DNA of 64,000 nt from Antedon mediterranea (Eukaryota; Animalia; Echinodermata). This document shows positions 46,432 to 64,000 of the stretch, piece after piece (position 1 is the first letter of the stretch; every line of letters begins with the position of its first letter). Location: NCBI RefSeq assembly GCF_964355755.1, contig NC_092670.1:36692388-36756387 (forward strand), read 5' to 3'. The notes under the pieces were generated by a model that had not been told where the DNA came from, searched no databases, and saw nothing but the letters and a program-made list of their open reading frames with translations. Both the position numbers and the translations under genes were made by a program.

Positions 46432-46827
46432 ATTGTACGTAAGATAAATAAGTATTGCTTACAAAAGAATATTAAGGAAATTGTTATAATTGTAATTCAT
46501 TGATTGGCGAATACTTAAATTTAAAGTTGTTTAATTTGAGTAAGTATAAAGATAGCCAGTGTGAACAAACAATTGTATTTCTTGCATTCTAAATCGATTT
46601 GATTTATTTGTTACTACTGTACTATAATTTGAAATTTTGTATCCTCAAGTCTGAATGATATTTTCGGTTATTAAAAGATACTAGTAATATGTAAGTCCTA
46701 AGGAAAATCTCAAGGCGACAAATAAATCAACTATTTATCGATTGTATATTATGTTAAGCATCTATATCTAGGATCAGTAATTGAACTTTGACAGCAATAT
46801 AATGGTTACTAATATTATTGCTTAAAT

Positions 46828-63360
<16,533 letters not shown>

Positions 63361-64000
63361 CTGAAACCAAATATTGAAACATTGAGCTCTGTCTACATTA
63401 TCAAACCAGTTTGAAAACATATATGGGCATTTTCTTTGTCACATAAAGTTTGATAGTGTAGACAGAGATTTGACGACCTTAGACCATCAGGACGAATGTT
63501 TGTGTCATTGGTCGTTTTGACCTAGAACAGACCTTCCAAGGGGTCTCCCGAAATTTCGAGTCATTTTTCCTGTTCTCCCACTAAAATGCAATCTCCCTAA
63601 TGTTTTGAATATAAAAAATATCTCGATATGCACAAATGTGTAGTTTCAACAACTCTAGATATAGATAAGATATTAATATCGGTTTATAATCACTTCATTC
63701 GTTGTTTAATAATTAAAATAATATGTTGGCACTGCAATTTCTACACATGCCTGACATATTCAATACGCTTTGTAAGTTATATAGCACCCTCTACGGTTTG
63801 ATTACTGTTATAGCGCCCTCTATAGTTAAAATGTCTGCGTAGATAAATTTTAAACTAATAGTTGAGTAGGATATATTAACTATGTGTCTAGGGAAACATT
63901 TTAATTCGAATTTATGTAACTATATATGTATATATTATGTTGTATTTCAAGTAGTAACACATGTTATGCAACTACTGCAACGAACCTGAATTGTGATTGT

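Overview
AT-rich, intron-rich eukaryotic (animal) DNA. The gene content and the Deu-like and 5S-derived SINEs suggest a marine invertebrate, possibly an echinoderm, but that is inference only. There are three gene loci. (1) The 5' ~31 exons of an SMCHD1 orthologue lie on the minus strand (ATG at 22207) and run off the left edge before the SMC hinge. (2) Head-to-head with it is a tandem array of five RING-Bbox-Bbox-coiled coil-filamin-NHL TRIM genes with single-exon CDSs: three intact (22749, 31750, 39683), one 5'-truncated pseudogene and one frameshifted pseudogene. The paralogues are sequence mosaics with divergent C-terminal NHL blades. The two downstream intact copies carry a duplicate of the SMCHD1/TRIM divergent promoter, which has an NF-kB-type palindrome. 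(3) The 3' ~21 exons of a mosaic CUB/LDLa/SRCR protein with two trypsin-fold protease domains of different predicted specificity lie on the minus strand; its 5' end is beyond the right edge. Introns and spacers hold many non-autonomous elements (PIF/Harbinger-, hAT-, Mutator-, Kolobok- and Helentron-like MITEs, tRNA- and 5S-derived SINEs, CR1/L2 LINE ends) and minisatellites. All exon boundaries were read by eye from GT/AG sites and frame continuity and may be off by a few bases.
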